Shown here one piece after another: positions 24,901-39,599 of a stretch of 64,000 nucleotides of DNA. Source of the DNA: Auanema rhodensis (taxonomy: Eukaryota > Animalia > Nematoda); NCBI GenBank assembly GCA_964057225.1, contig OZ059900.1:20584001-20648000 (forward strand), written 5' to 3'. The notes below the pieces were generated by a model that was not told where the DNA came from, ran no database searches, and saw only the letters and a program-made list of their open reading frames with translations. The position numbers were made by a program, and so were the translations under genes. Within the stretch, counting starts at the first letter, position 1; each line of letters begins with the position of its first letter.

Positions 24901-27900
24901 TTTCAGCGTGTTACATACTAAAATGAAGCATTTTACATGCGGAACACTAGAAAAATACAAAAACACAGTATTTCCCATGAGAAATATTTTATTATGCTGG
25001 AAAACCAGTTTTTGGAAATTTCGCTGTAAACAAGGTTTTGACTTACGATTTCATGTGTTCAAACTCATGCAATGTCAATGAAACCTAGCTCAAAATTGTT
25101 TGTACAACGTCTAGTTCCACTTTCACGACAAAAAAACAGGGGTTAGAAAATTAAGGAAATTAGCATATTCTGAGGGCACGCCCCTTATGGCTAATATTGA
25201 TTAAATCGATTTTTGTTCATATGAGTAGTCAAATGCAACGAATTTCAGCGTGTTACATACTAAAATGAAGCATTTCACATGCTGAACACTAGAAAAATAC
25301 AAAAACACAGTATTTCCCATGAGAAATATTTTATTATGCTGGAAAACCAGTTTTTGGAAATTTCGCTGTAAACAAGGTTTGACTTACGATTTCATGTGTT
25401 CAAACTCATGCAATGTCAATGAAACCTAGCTCAAAATTGTTCGTACAACGTCTAGTTCCACTTTCACGACAAAAAAACAGGGGTTAGAAAATTTAGGAAA
25501 TTAGCATATTCTGAGGGCACGCCCCTTATGGCTAATATTGATTAAATCGATTTTTGTTCATATGAGTCGTCAAATGCAACGAATTTCAGCGTGTTACATA
25601 CTAAAATGAAGCATTTTACATGCTGAACACTAGAAAAATACTAAAACACAGTTTTTCCCATGAGAAATATTTTATTATGCTGGAAAACCAGTTTTTGGAA
25701 ATTTCGCTGTAAACAAGGTTTTGACTTACGATTTCATGTGTTCAAACTCATGCAATGTCAATGAAACCTAGCTCAAAATTGTTCGTACAACGTCTAGTTC
25801 CACTTTCACGACAAAAAAACAGGGGTTAGAAAATTTAGGAAATTAGCATATTCTGAGGGCACGCCCCTTATGGCTAATATTGATTAAATCGATTTTTGTT
25901 CATATGAGTCGTCAAATGAAACGAATTTCAGCGTGTTACATACTAAAATGAAGTATTTTACATGCTGAACATTAGAAAAATACAAAAACACAGTTTTTCC
26001 CATGAGAAATATTTTATTATGCTGGAAAACCAGTTTTTGGAAATTTCGCTGTAAACAAGGTTTTGACTTACGATTTCATGTGTTCAAACTCATGCAATGT
26101 CAATGAAACCTAGCTCAAAATTGTTCCTACAACGTCTAGTTCCACTTTCACGACAAAAAACAGGGGTTAGAAAATTAAGGAAATTAGCATATTCTGAGGG
26201 CACGCCCCTTATGGCTAATATTGATTAAATCGATTTTTGTTCATATGAGTCGTCAAATGCAACGAATTTCAGCGTGTTACATACTTAAATGAAGCATTTT
26301 ACATGCTGAACACTAGAAAAATACAAAAACACAGTATTTCTCATGAGAAATATTTTATTATGCTGGAAAACCAGTTTTTGGAAATTTCGCTGTAAACAAG
26401 GTTTTCACTTACGATTTCATGTGTTCAAACTCATGCAATGTCAATGAAACCTAGCTCAAAATTTTTTGTACAACGTCTAGTTCCACTTTCACGACAAAAA
26501 AACAGGGGTTAGAAAATTAAGGAAATTAGCATATTCTGAGGGCACGCCCCTTATGGCTAATATTGATTAAATCGATTTTTGTTCATATGAGTAGTCAAAT
26601 GCAACGAATTTCAGCGTGTTACATACTAAAATGAAGCATTTCACATGCTGAACACTAGAAAAATACAAAAACACAGTATTTCCCATGAGAAATATTTTAT
26701 TATGCTGGAAAACCAGTTTTTGGAAATTTCGCTGTAAACAAGGTTTTGACTTACGATTTCATGTGTTCAAACTCATGCAATGTCAATGAAACCTAGCTCA
26801 AAATTGTTTGTACAACGTCTAGTTCCACTTTCACGACAAACAAACAGGGGTTAGAAAATTAAGGAAATTAGCATATTCTGAGGGCACGCCCCTTATGGCT
26901 AATATTGATTTAAACGATTTTTGTTCATATGAGTCGTCAAATGCAACGAATTTCAGCGTGTTACATACTAAAATGAAGCATTTTACATGCTGAACACTAG
27001 AAAAATACAAAAACACAGTATTTCTCATGAGAAATATTTTATTATGCTGGAAAACCAGTTTTTGGAATTTTCGCTGTAAACGAGGTTTTGACTTACGATT
27101 TCATGTGTTCAAACTCATGCAATGTCAATGAAACCTAGCTCAAAATTGTTTGTACAACGTCTAGTTCCACTTTCACGACAAAAAAACAGGGGTTAGAAAA
27201 TTAAGGAAATTAGCATATTCTGAGGGCACGCCCCTTATGGCTAATATTGATTAAATCGATTTTTGTTCATATGAGTCGTCAAATGCAACGAATTTCAGCG
27301 TGTTACATACTTAAATGAAGCATTTTACATGCTGAACACTAGAAAAATACAAAAACACAGTATTTCCCATGAGAAATATTTTATTATGCTGGAAAACCAG
27401 TTTTTGGAAATTTCGCTGTAAACAAGGTTTGACTTACGATTTCATGTGTTCAAACTCATGCAATGTCAATGAAACCTAGCTCAAAATTGTTCGTACAACG
27501 TCTAGTTCCACTTTCACGACAAAAAAACAGGGGTTAGAAAATTTAGTAAATTAGCATATTCTGAGGGCACGCCCCTCATGGCTAATATTGATTAAATCGA
27601 TTTTTGTTCATATGAGTCGTCAAATGCAACGAATTTCAGCGTGTTACATACTAAAATGAAGTATTTTACATGCTGAACACTGGAAAAATACAAAAACACA
27701 GTATTTCCCATGAGAAATATTTTATTATGCTGGAAAACCAGTTTTTGGACATTTCGCTGTAAACAAGGTTTTGACTTACGATTTCATGTGTTCAAACTCA
27801 TGCAATGTCAATGAAACCTAGCTCAAAATTGTTCCTACAACGTCTAGTTCCACTTTCACGACAAAAAACAGGGGTTAGAAAATTAAGGAAATTAGCATAT

Positions 27901-30465
27901 TCTGAGGGCACGCCCCTTATGGCTAATATTGATTAAATCGATTTTTGTTCATATGAGTCGTCAAATGCAACGAATTTCAGCGTGTTACATACTAAAATGA
28001 AGCATTTTACATGCTGAACATTAGAAAAATACAAAAACACAGTTTTTCCCATGAGAAATATTTTATTATGCTGGAAAACCAGTTTTTGGAAATTTCGCTG
28101 TAAACAAGGTTTTGACTTACGATTTCATGTGTTCAAACTCATGCAATGTCAATGAAACCTAGCTCAAAATTGTTCCTACAACGTCTAGTTCCACTTTCAC
28201 GACAAAAAACAGGGGTTAGAAAATTAAGGAAATTAGCATATTCTGAGGGCACGCCCCTTATGGCTAATATTGATTAAATCGATTTTTGTTCATATGAGTC
28301 GTCAAATGCAACGAATTTCAGCGTGTTACATACTTAAATGAAGCATTTTACATGCTGAACACTAGAAAAATACAAAAACACAGTATTTCTCATGAGAAAT
28401 ATTTTATTATGCTGGAAAACCAGTTTTTGGAAATTTCGCTGTAAACAAGGTTTTCACTTACGATTTCATGTGTTCAAACTCATGCAATGTCAATGAAACC
28501 TAGCTCAAAATTTTTTGTACAACGTCTAGTTCCACTTTCACGACAAAAAAACAGGGGTTAGAAAATTAAGGAAATTAGCATATTCTGAGGGCACGCCCCT
28601 TATGGCTAATATTGATTAAATCGATTTTTGTTCATATGAGTAGTCAAATGCAACGAATTTCAGCGTGTTACATACTAAAATGAAGCATTTCACATGCTGA
28701 ACACTAGAAAAATACAAAAACACAGTATTTCCCATGAGAAATATTTTATTATGCTGGAAAACCAGTTTTTGGAAATTTCGCTGTAAACAAGGTTTTGACT
28801 TACGATTTCATGTGTTCAAACTCATGCAATGTCAATGAAACCTAGCTCAAAATTGTTTGTACAACGTCTAGTTCCACTTTCACGACAAAAAAACAGGGGT
28901 TAGAAAATTAAGGAAATTAGCATATTCTGAGGGCACGCCCCTTATGGCTAATATTGATTTAAACGATTTTTGTTCATATGAGTCGTCAAATGCAACGAAT
29001 TTCAGCGTGTTACATACTAAAATGAAGCATTTTACATGCTGAACACTAGAAAAATACAAAAACACAGTATTTCTCATGAGAAATATTTTATTATGCTGGA
29101 AAACCAGTTTTTGGAATTTTCGCTGTAAACAAGGTTTGACTTACGATTTCATGTGTTCAAACTCATGCAATGTCAATGAAACCTAGCTCAAAATTGTTCG
29201 TACAACGTCTAGTTCCACTTTCACGACAAAAAAACAGGGGTTAGAAAATTTAGGAAATTAGCATATTCTGAGGGCACGCCCCTTATGGCTAATATTGATT
29301 AAATCGATTTTTGTTCATATGAGTCGTCAAATGCAACGAATTTCAGCGTGTTACATACTAAAATGAAGTATTTTACATGCTGAACACTAGAAAAATACAA
29401 AAACACAGTATTTCCCATGAGAAATATTTTATTATGCTGGAAAACCAGTTTTTGGAAATTTCGCTGTGAACAAGGTTTTGACTTACGATTTCATGTGTTC
29501 AAACTCATGCAATGTCAATGAAACCTAGCTCAAAATTGTTCCTACAACGTCTAGTTCCACTTTCACGACAAAAAACAGGGGTTAGAAAATTAAGGAAATT
29601 AGCATATTCTGAGGGCACGCCCCTTATGGCTAATATTGATTAAATCGATTTTTGTTCATATGAGTCGTCAAATGCAACGAATTTCAGCGTGTTACATACT
29701 AAAATGAAGCATTTTACATGCGGAACACTAGAAAAATACAAAAACACAGTATTTCCCATGAGAAATATTTTATTATGCTGGAAAACCAGTTTTTGGAAAT
29801 TTCGCTGTAAACAAGGTTTTGACTTACGATTTCATGTGTTCAAACTCATGCAATGTCAATGAAACCTAGCTCAAAATTGTTTGTACAACGTCTAGTTCCA
29901 CTTTCACGACAAAAAAACAGGGGTTAGAAAATTAAGGAAATTAGCATATTCTGATGGCACGCCCCTTATGGCTAATATTGATTAAATCGATTTTTGTTCA
30001 TATGAGTCGTCAAATGCAACGAATTTCAGCGTGTTACATACTGAAATGAAGCATTTTACATGCTGAACACTAGAAAAATACAAAAACACAGTATTTCTCA
30101 TGAGAAATATTTTATTATGCTGGAAAACCAGTTTTTGGAAATTTCGCTGTAAACAAGGTTTTGACTTACGATTTCATGTGTTCAAACTCATGCAATGTCA
30201 ATGAAACCTAGCTCAAAATTGTTTGTACAACGTTTAGTTCCACTTTCACGACAAAAAAACAGGGGTTAGAAAATTAAGGAAATTAGCATATTCTGAGGGC
30301 ACGCCCCTTATGGCTAATATTGATTAAATCGATTTTTGTTCATATGAGTAGTCAAATGCAACGAATTTCAGCGTGTTACATACTAAAATGAAGCATTTTA
30401 CATGCTGAACACTAGAAAAATACAAAAACACAGTATTTCTCATGAGAAATATTTTATTATGCTGG

Positions 30466-30591
30466 AAAACCAGTTTTTGGAATTTTCGCTGTAAACGAGG
30501 TTTTGACTTACGATTTCATGTGTTCAAAAAAACCAGTTTTTGGAATTTTCGCTGTAAACGAGGTTTTGACTTACGATTTCATGTGTTCAAA
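30466..30591 (-). repeat. 63-bp tandem duplication within a monomer (405-bp variant), copy 1
   Basis: AAAACCAGTTTTTGGAATTTTCGCTGTAAACGAGG...GTGTTCAAA occurs at 30466-30528 and again at 30529-30591. Confidence 0.93.
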
Positions 30592-33500
30592 CTCATGCAA
30601 TGTCAATGAAACCTAGCTCAAAATTGTTTGTACAACGTCTAGTTCCACTTTCACGACAAAAAAACAGGGGTTAGAAAATTAAGGAAATTAGCATATTCTG
30701 AGGGCACGCCCCTTATGGCTAATATTGATTAAATCGATTTTTGTTCATATGAGTAGTCAAATGCAACGAATTTCAGCGTGTTACATACTAAAATGAAGCA
30801 TTTCACATGCTGAACACTAGAAAAATACAAAAACACAGTATTTCCCATGAGAAATATTTTATTATGCTGGAAAACCAGTTTTTGGAAATTTCGCTGTAAA
30901 CAAGGTTTTGACTTACGATTTCATGTGTTCAAACTCATGCAATGTCAATGAAACCTAGCTCAAAATTGTTTGTACAACGTCTAGTTCCACTTTCACGACA
31001 AAAAAACAGGGGTTAGAAAATTAAGGAAATTAGCATATTCTGAGGGCACGCCCCTTATGGCTAATATTGATTTAAACGATTTTTGTTCATATGAGTCGTC
31101 AAATGCAACGAATTTCAGCGTGTTACATACTAAAATGAAGCATTTTACATGCTGAACACTAGAAAAATACAAAAACACAGTATTTCTCATGAGAAATATT
31201 TTATTATGCTGGAAAACCAGTTTTTGGAATTTTCGCTGTAAACGAGGTTTTGACTTACGATTTCATGTGTTCAAACTCATGCAATGTCAATGAAACCTAG
31301 CTCAAAATTGTTTGTACAACGTCTAGTTCCACTTTCACGACAAAAAAACAGGGGTTAGAAAATTAAGGAAATTAGCATATTCTGAGGGCACGCCCCTTAT
31401 GGCTAATATTGATTAAATCGATTTTTGTTCATATGAGTAGTCAAATGCAACGAATTTCAGCGTGTTACATACTAAAATGAAGCATTTCACATGCTGAACA
31501 CTAAAAAAATACAAAAACACAGTATTTCCCATGAGAAATATTTTATTATGCTGGAAAACCAGTTTTTGGAAATTTCGCTGTAAACAAGGTTTGACTTACG
31601 ATTTCATGTGTTCAAACTCATGCAATGTCAATGAAACCTAGCTCAAAATTGTTCGTACAACGTCTAGTTCCACTTTCACGACAAAAAAACAGGGGTTAGA
31701 AAATTTAGGAAATTAGCATATTCTGAGGGCACGCCCCTTATGGCTAATATTGATTAAATCGATTTTTGTTCATATGAGTCGTCAAATGCAACGAATTTCA
31801 GCGTGTTACATACTAAAATGAAGCATTTTACATGCTGAACATTAGAAAAATACAAAAACACAGTTTTTCCCATGAGAAATATTTTATTATGCTGGAAAAC
31901 CAGTTTTTGGAAATTTCGCTGTAAACAAGGTTTGACTTACGATTTCATGTGTTCAAACTCATGCAATGTCAATGAAACCTAGCTCAAAATTGTTCGTACA
32001 ACGTCTAGTTCCACTTTCACGACAAAAAAACAGGGGTTAGAAAATTTAGGAAATTAGCATATTCTGAGGGCACGCCCCTTATGGCTAATATTGATTAAAT
32101 CGATTTTTGTTCATATGAGTCGTCAAATGCAACGAATTTCAGCGTGTTACATACTAAAATGAAGCATTTTACATGCGGAACACTAGAAAAATACAAAAAC
32201 ACAGTATTTCTCATGAGAAATATTTTATTATGCTGGAAAACCAGTTTTTGGAATTTTCGCTGTAAACAAGGTTTGACTTACGATTTCATGTGTTCAAACT
32301 CATGCAATGTCAATGAAACCTAGCTCAAAATTGTTCGTACAACGTCTAGTTCCACTTTCACGACAAAAAAACAGGGGTTTGAAAATTTAGGAAATTAGCA
32401 TATTCTGAGGGCACGCCCCTTATGGCTAATATTGATTAAATCGATTTTTGTTCATATGAGTCGTCAAATGCAACGAATTTCAGCGTGTTACATACTAAAA
32501 AGAAGTATTTTACATGCTGAACACTAGAAAAATACAAAAACACAGTATTTCCCATGAGAAATATTTTATTATGCTGGAAAACCAGTTTTTGGAAATTTCG
32601 CTGTAAACAAGGTTTTGACTTACGATTTCATGTGTTCAAACTCATGCAATGTCAATGAAACCTAGCTCAAAATTGTTCCTACAACGTCTAGTTCCACTTT
32701 CACGACAAAAAACAGGGGTTAGAAAATTAAGGAAATTAGCATATTCTGAGGGCACGCCCCTTATGGCTAATATTGATTAAATCGATTTTTGTTCATATGA
32801 GTCGTCAAATGCAACGAATTTCAGCGTGTTACATACTAAAATGAAGCATTTTACATGCGGAACACTAGAAAAATACAAAAACACAGTATTTCCCATGAGA
32901 AATATTTTATTATGCTGGAAAACCAGTTTTTGGAAATTTCGCTGTAAACAAGGTTTTGACTTACGATTTCATGTGTTCAAACTCATGCAATGTCAATGAA
33001 ACCTAGCTCAAAATTGTTTGTACAACGTCTAGTTCCATTTTCACGACAAAAAAACAGGGGTTAGAAAATTAAGGAAATTAGCATATTCTGATGGCACGCC
33101 CCTTATGGCTAATATTGATTAAATCGATTTTTGTTCATATGAGTCGTCAAATGCAACGAATTTCAGCGTGTTACATACTGAAATGAAGCATTTTACATGC
33201 TGAACACTAGAAAAATACAAAAACACAGTATTTCTCATGAGAAATATTTTATTATGCTGGAAAACCAGTTTTTGGAAATTTCGCTGTAAACAAGGTTTTG
33301 ACTTACGATTTCATGTGTTCAAACTCATGCAATGTCAATGAAACCTAGCTCAAAATTGTTTGTACAACGTTTAGTTCCACTTTCACGACAAAAAAACAGG
33401 GGTTAGAAAATTAAGGAAATTAGCATATTCTGAGGGCACGCCCCTTATGGCTAATATTGATTAAATCGATTTTTGTTCATATGAGTAGTCAAATGCAACG

Positions 33501-33602
33501 AATTTCAGCGTGTTACATACTAAAATGAAGCATTTTACATGCTGAACACTAGAAAAATACAAAAACACAGTATTTCTCATGAGAAATATTTTATTATGCT
33601 GG

Positions 33603-33728
33603 AAAACCAGTTTTTGGAATTTTCGCTGTAAACGAGGTTTTGACTTACGATTTCATGTGTTCAAAAAAACCAGTTTTTGGAATTTTCGCTGTAAACGAGG
33701 TTTTGACTTACGATTTCATGTGTTCAAA
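33603..33728 (-). repeat. 63-bp tandem duplication, copy 2
   Basis: Same junction TTCAAAAAAACCAG at about 33660-33673. Confidence 0.93.
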
Positions 33729-36700
33729 CTCATGCAATGTCAATGAAACCTAGCTCAAAATTGTTTGTACAACGTTTAGTTCCACTTTCACGACAAAAAA
33801 ACAGGGGTTAGAAAATTAAGGAAATTAGCATATTCTGAGGGCACGCCCCTTATGGCTAATATTGATTTAAACGATTTTTGTTCATATGAGTCGTCAAATG
33901 CAACGAATTTCAGCGTGTTACATACTAAAATGAAGCATTTTACATGCTGAACACTAGAAAAATACAAAAACACAGTATTTCTCATGAGAAATATTTTATT
34001 ATGCTGGAAAACCAGTTTTTGGAATTTTCGCTGTAAACAAGGTTTGACTTACGATTTCATGTGTTCAAACTCATGCAATGTCAATGAAACCTAGCTCAAA
34101 ACTGTTTGTACAACGTCTAGTTCCACTTTCACGACAAAAAAACAGGGGTTAGAAAATTTAGGAAATTAGCATATTCTGAGGGCACGCCCCTTATGGCTAA
34201 TATTGATTAAATCGATTTTTGTTCATATGAGTCGTCAAATGCAACGAATTTCAGCGTGTTACATACTAAAATGAAGCATTTTACATGCGGAACACTAGAA
34301 AAATACAAAAACACAGTATTTCTCATGAGAAATATTTTATTATGCTGGAAAACCAGTTTTTGGAAATTTCGCTGTAAACAAGGTTTTGACTTACGATTTC
34401 ATGTGTTCAAACTCATGCAATGTCAATGAAACCTAGCTCAAAATTGTTCCTACAACGTCTAGTTCCACTTTCACGACAAAAAAACAGGGGTTAGAAAATT
34501 AAGGAAATTAGCATATTCTGAGGGCACGCCCCTTATGGCTAATATTGATTAAATTGATTTTTGTTCATATGAGTAGTCAAATGCAACGAATTTCAGCGTG
34601 TTACATACTAAAATGAAGCATTTCACATGCTGAACACTAGAAAAATACAAAAACACAGTATTTCCCATGAGAAATATTTTATTATGCTGGAAAACCAGTT
34701 TTTGGAAATTTCGCTGTAAACAAGGTTTTGACTTACGATTTCATGTGTTCAAACTCATGCAATGTCAATGAAACCTAGCTCAAAATTGTTTGTACAACGT
34801 CTAGTTCCACTTTCACGACAAAAAAACAGGGGTTAGAAAATTAAGGAAATTAGCATATTCTGAGGGCACGCCCCTTATGGCTAATATTGATTTAAACGAT
34901 TTTTGTTCATATGAGTCGTCAAATGCAACGAATTTCAGCGTGTTACATACTAAAATGAAGCATTTTACATGCTGAACACTAGAAAAATACAAAAACACAG
35001 TATTTCTCATGAGAAATATTTTATTATGCTGGAAAACCAGTTTTTGGAATTTTCGCTGTAAACAAGGTTTGACTTACGATTTCATGTGTTCAAACTCATG
35101 CAATGTCAATGAAACCTAGCTCAAAATTGTTTGTACAACGTCTAGTTCCACTTTCACGACAAAAAAACAGGGGTTAGAAAATTTAGGAAATTAGCATATT
35201 CTGAGGGCACGCCCCTTATGGCTAATATTGATTAAATCGATTTTTGTTCATATGAGTCGTCAAATGCAACGAATTTCAGCGTGTTACATACTAAAATGAA
35301 GCATTTTACATGCGGAACACTAGAAAAATACAAAAACACAGTATTTCTCATGAGAAATATTTTATTATGCTGGAAAACCAGTTTTTGGAATTTTCGCTGT
35401 AAACAAGGTTTGACTTACGATTTCATGTGTTCAAACTCATGCAATGTCAATGAAACCTAGCTCAAAATTGTTCGTACAACGTCTAGTTCCACTTTCACGA
35501 CAAAAAAACAGGGGTTTGAAAATTTAGGAAATTAGCATATTCTGAGGGCACGCCCCTTATGGCTAATATTGATTAAATCGATTTTTGTTCATATGAGTCG
35601 TCAAATGCAACGAATTTCAGCGTGTTACATACTAAAAAGAAGTATTTTACATGCTGAACACTAGAAAAATACAAAAACACAGTATTTCCCATGAGAAATA
35701 TTTTATTATGCTGGAAAACCAGTTTTTGGAAATTTCGCTGTAAACAAGGTTTTGACTTACGATTTCATGTGTTCAAACTCATGCAATGTCAATGAAACCT
35801 AGCTCAAAATTGTTCCTACAACGTCTAGTTCCACTTTCACGACAAAAAACAGGGGTTAGAAAATTAAGGAAATTAGCATATTCTGAGGGCACGCCCCTTA
35901 TGGCTAATATTGATTAAATCGATTTTTGTTCATATGAGTCGTCAAATGCAACGAATTTCAGCGTGTTACATACTAAAATGAAGCATTTTACATGCGGAAC
36001 ACTAGAAAAATACAAAAACACAGTATTTCCCATGAGAAATATTTTATTATGCTGGAAAACCAGTTTTTGGAAATTTCGCTGTAAACAAGGTTTTGACTTA
36101 CGATTTCATGTGTTCAAACTCATGCAATGTCAATGAAACCTAGCTCAAAATTGTTTGTACAACGTCTAGTTCCATTTTCACGACAAAAAAACAGGGGTTA
36201 GAAAATTAAGGAAATTAGCATATTCTGATGGCACGCCCCTTATGGCTAATATTGATTAAATCGATTTTTGTTCATATGAGTCGTCAAATGCAACGAATTT
36301 CAGCGTGTTACATACTGAAATGAAGCATTTTACATGCTGAACACTAGAAAAATACAAAAACACAGTATTTCTCATGAGAAATATTTTATTATGCTGGAAA
36401 ACCAGTTTTTGGAAATTTCGCTGTAAACAAGGTTTTGACTTACGATTTCATGTGTTCAAACTCATGCAATGTCAATGAAACCTAGCTCAAAATTGTTTGT
36501 ACAACGTTTAGTTCCACTTTCACGACAAAAAAACAGGGGTTAGAAAATTAAGGAAATTAGCATATTCTGAGGGCACGCCCCTTATGGCTAATATTGATTA
36601 AATCGATTTTTGTTCATATGAGTAGTCAAATGCAACGAATTTCAGCGTGTTACATACTAAAATGAAGCATTTTACATGCTGAACACTAGAAAAATACAAA

Positions 36701-36739
36701 AACACAGTATTTCTCATGAGAAATATTTTATTATGCTGG

Positions 36740-36865
36740 AAAACCAGTTTTTGGAATTTTCGCTGTAAACGAGGTTTTGACTTACGATTTCATGTGTTCA
36801 AAAAAACCAGTTTTTGGAATTTTCGCTGTAAACGAGGTTTTGACTTACGATTTCATGTGTTCAAA
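36740..36865 (-). repeat. 63-bp tandem duplication, copy 3
   Basis: Same junction at about 36797-36810. Confidence 0.93.
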
Positions 36866-38511
36866 CTCATGCAATGTCAATGAAACCTAGCTCAAAATTG
36901 TTTGTACAACGTCTAGTTCCACTTTCACGACAAAAAAACAGGGGTTAGAAAATTAAGGAAATTAGCATATTCTGAGGGCACGCCCCTTATGGCTAATATT
37001 GATTAAATTGATTTTTGTTCATATGAGTAGTCAAATGCAACGAATTTCAGCGTGTTACATACTAAAATGAAGCATTTCACATGCTGAACACTAGAAAAAT
37101 ACAAAAACACAGTATTTCCCATGAGAAATATTTTATTATGCTGGAAAACCAGTTTTTGGAAATTTCGCTGTAAACAAGGTTTTGACTTACGATTTCATGT
37201 GTTCAAACTCATGCAATGTCAATGAAACCTAGCTCAAAATTGTTTGTACAACGTCTAGTTCCACTTTCACGACAAAAAAACAGGGGTTAGAAAATTAAGG
37301 AAATTAGCATATTCTGAGGGCACGCCCCTTATGGCTAATATTGATTTAAACGATTTTTGTTCATATGAGTCGTCAAATGCAACGAATTTCAGCGTGTTAC
37401 ATACTAAAATGAAGCATTTTACATGCTGAACACTAGAAAAATACAAAAACACAGTATTTCTCATGAGAAATATTTTATTATGCTGGAAAACCAGTTTTTG
37501 GAATTTTCGCTGTAAACGAGGTTTTGACTTACGATTTCATGTGTTCAAACTCATGCAATGTCAATGAAACCTAGCTCAAAATTGTTCCTACAACGTCTAG
37601 TTCCACTTTCACGACAAAAAACAGGGGTTAGAAAATTAAGGAAATTAGCATATTCTGAGGGCACGCCCCTTATGGCTAATATTGATTAAATCGATTTTTG
37701 TTCATATGAGTCGTCAAATGCAACGAATTTCAGCGTGTTACATACTAAAATGAAGCATTTTACATGCGGAACACTAGAAAAATACAAAAACACAGTATTT
37801 CCCATGAGAAATATTTTATTATGCTGGAAAACCAGTTTTTGGAAATTTCGCTGTAAACAAGGTTTTGACTTACGATTTCATGTGTTCAAACTCATGCAAT
37901 GTCAATGAAACCTAGCTCAAAATTGTTTGTACAACGTCTAGTTCCACTTTCACGACAAAAAAACAGGGGTTAGAAAATTAAGGAAATTAGCATATTCTGA
38001 TGGCACGCCCCTTATGGCTAATATTGATTAAATCGATTTTTGTTCATATGAGTCGTCAAATGCAACGAATTTCAGCGTGTTACATACTGAAATGAAGCAT
38101 TTTACATGCTGAACACTAGAAAAATACAAAAACACAGTATTTCTCATGAGAAATATTTTATTATGCTGGAAAACCAGTTTTTGGAAATTTCGCTGTAAAC
38201 AAGGTTTTGACTTACGATTTCATGTGTTCAAACTCATGCAATGTCAATGAAACCTAGCTCAAAATTGTTTGTACAACGTTTAGTTCCACTTTCACGACAA
38301 AAAAACAGGGGTTAGAAAATTAAGGAAATTAGCATATTCTGAGGGCACGCCCCTTATGGCTAATATTGATTAAATCGATTTTTGTTCATATGAGTAGTCA
38401 AATGCAACGAATTTCAGCGTGTTACATACTAAAATGAAGCATTTTACATGCTGAACACTAGAAAAATACAAAAACACAGTATTTCTCATGAGAAATATTT
38501 TATTATGCTGG

Positions 38512-38637
38512 AAAACCAGTTTTTGGAATTTTCGCTGTAAACGAGGTTTTGACTTACGATTTCATGTGTTCAAAAAAACCAGTTTTTGGAATTTTCGCTG
38601 TAAACGAGGTTTTGACTTACGATTTCATGTGTTCAAA
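38512..38637 (-). repeat. 63-bp tandem duplication, copy 4
   Basis: Same junction at about 38569-38582. Confidence 0.93.
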
Positions 38638-39599
38638 CTCATGCAATGTCAATGAAACCTAGCTCAAAATTGTTTGTACAACGTCTAGTTCCATTTTCAC
38701 GACAAAAAAACAGGGGTTAGAAAATTAAGGAAATTAGCATATTCTGATGGCACGCCCCTTATGGCTAATATTGATTAAATCGATTTTTGTTCATATGAGT
38801 CGTCAAATGCAACGAATTTCAGCGTGTTACATACTGAAATGAAGCATTTTACATGCTGAACACTAGAAAAATACAAAAACACAGTATTTCTCATGAGAAA
38901 TATTTTATTATGCTGGAAAACCAGTTTTTGGAAATTTCGCTGTAAACAAGGTTTTGACTTACGATTTCATGTGTTCAAACTCATGCAATGTCAATGAAAC
39001 CTAGCTCAAAATTGTTTGTACAACGTCTAGTTCCACTTTCACGACAAAAAAACAGGGGTTAGAAAATTAAGGAAACTAGCATATTCTGAGGGCACGCCCC
39101 TTATGGCTAATATTGATTTAAACGATTTTTGTTCATATGAGTCGTCAAATGCAACGAATTTCAGCGTGTTACATACTAAAATGAAGCATTTTACATGCTG
39201 AACACTAGAAAAATACAAAAACACAGTATTTCTCATGAGAAATATTTTATTATGCTGGAAAACCAGTTTTTGGAATTTTCGCTGTAAACGAGGTTTTGAC
39301 TTACGATTTCATGTGTTCAAACTCATGCAATGTCAATGAAACCTAGCTCAAAATTGTTTGTACAACGTCTAGTTCCACTTTCACGACAAAAAAACAGGGG
39401 TTAGAAAATTAAGGAAATTAGCATATTCTGAGGGCACGCCCCTTATGGCTAATATTGATTAAATCGATTTTTGTTCATATGAGTAGTCAAATGCAACGAA
39501 TTTCAGCGTGTTACATACTAAAATGAAGCATTTCACATGCTGAACACTAAAAAAATACAAAAACACAGTATTTCCCATGAGAAATATTTTATTATGCTG

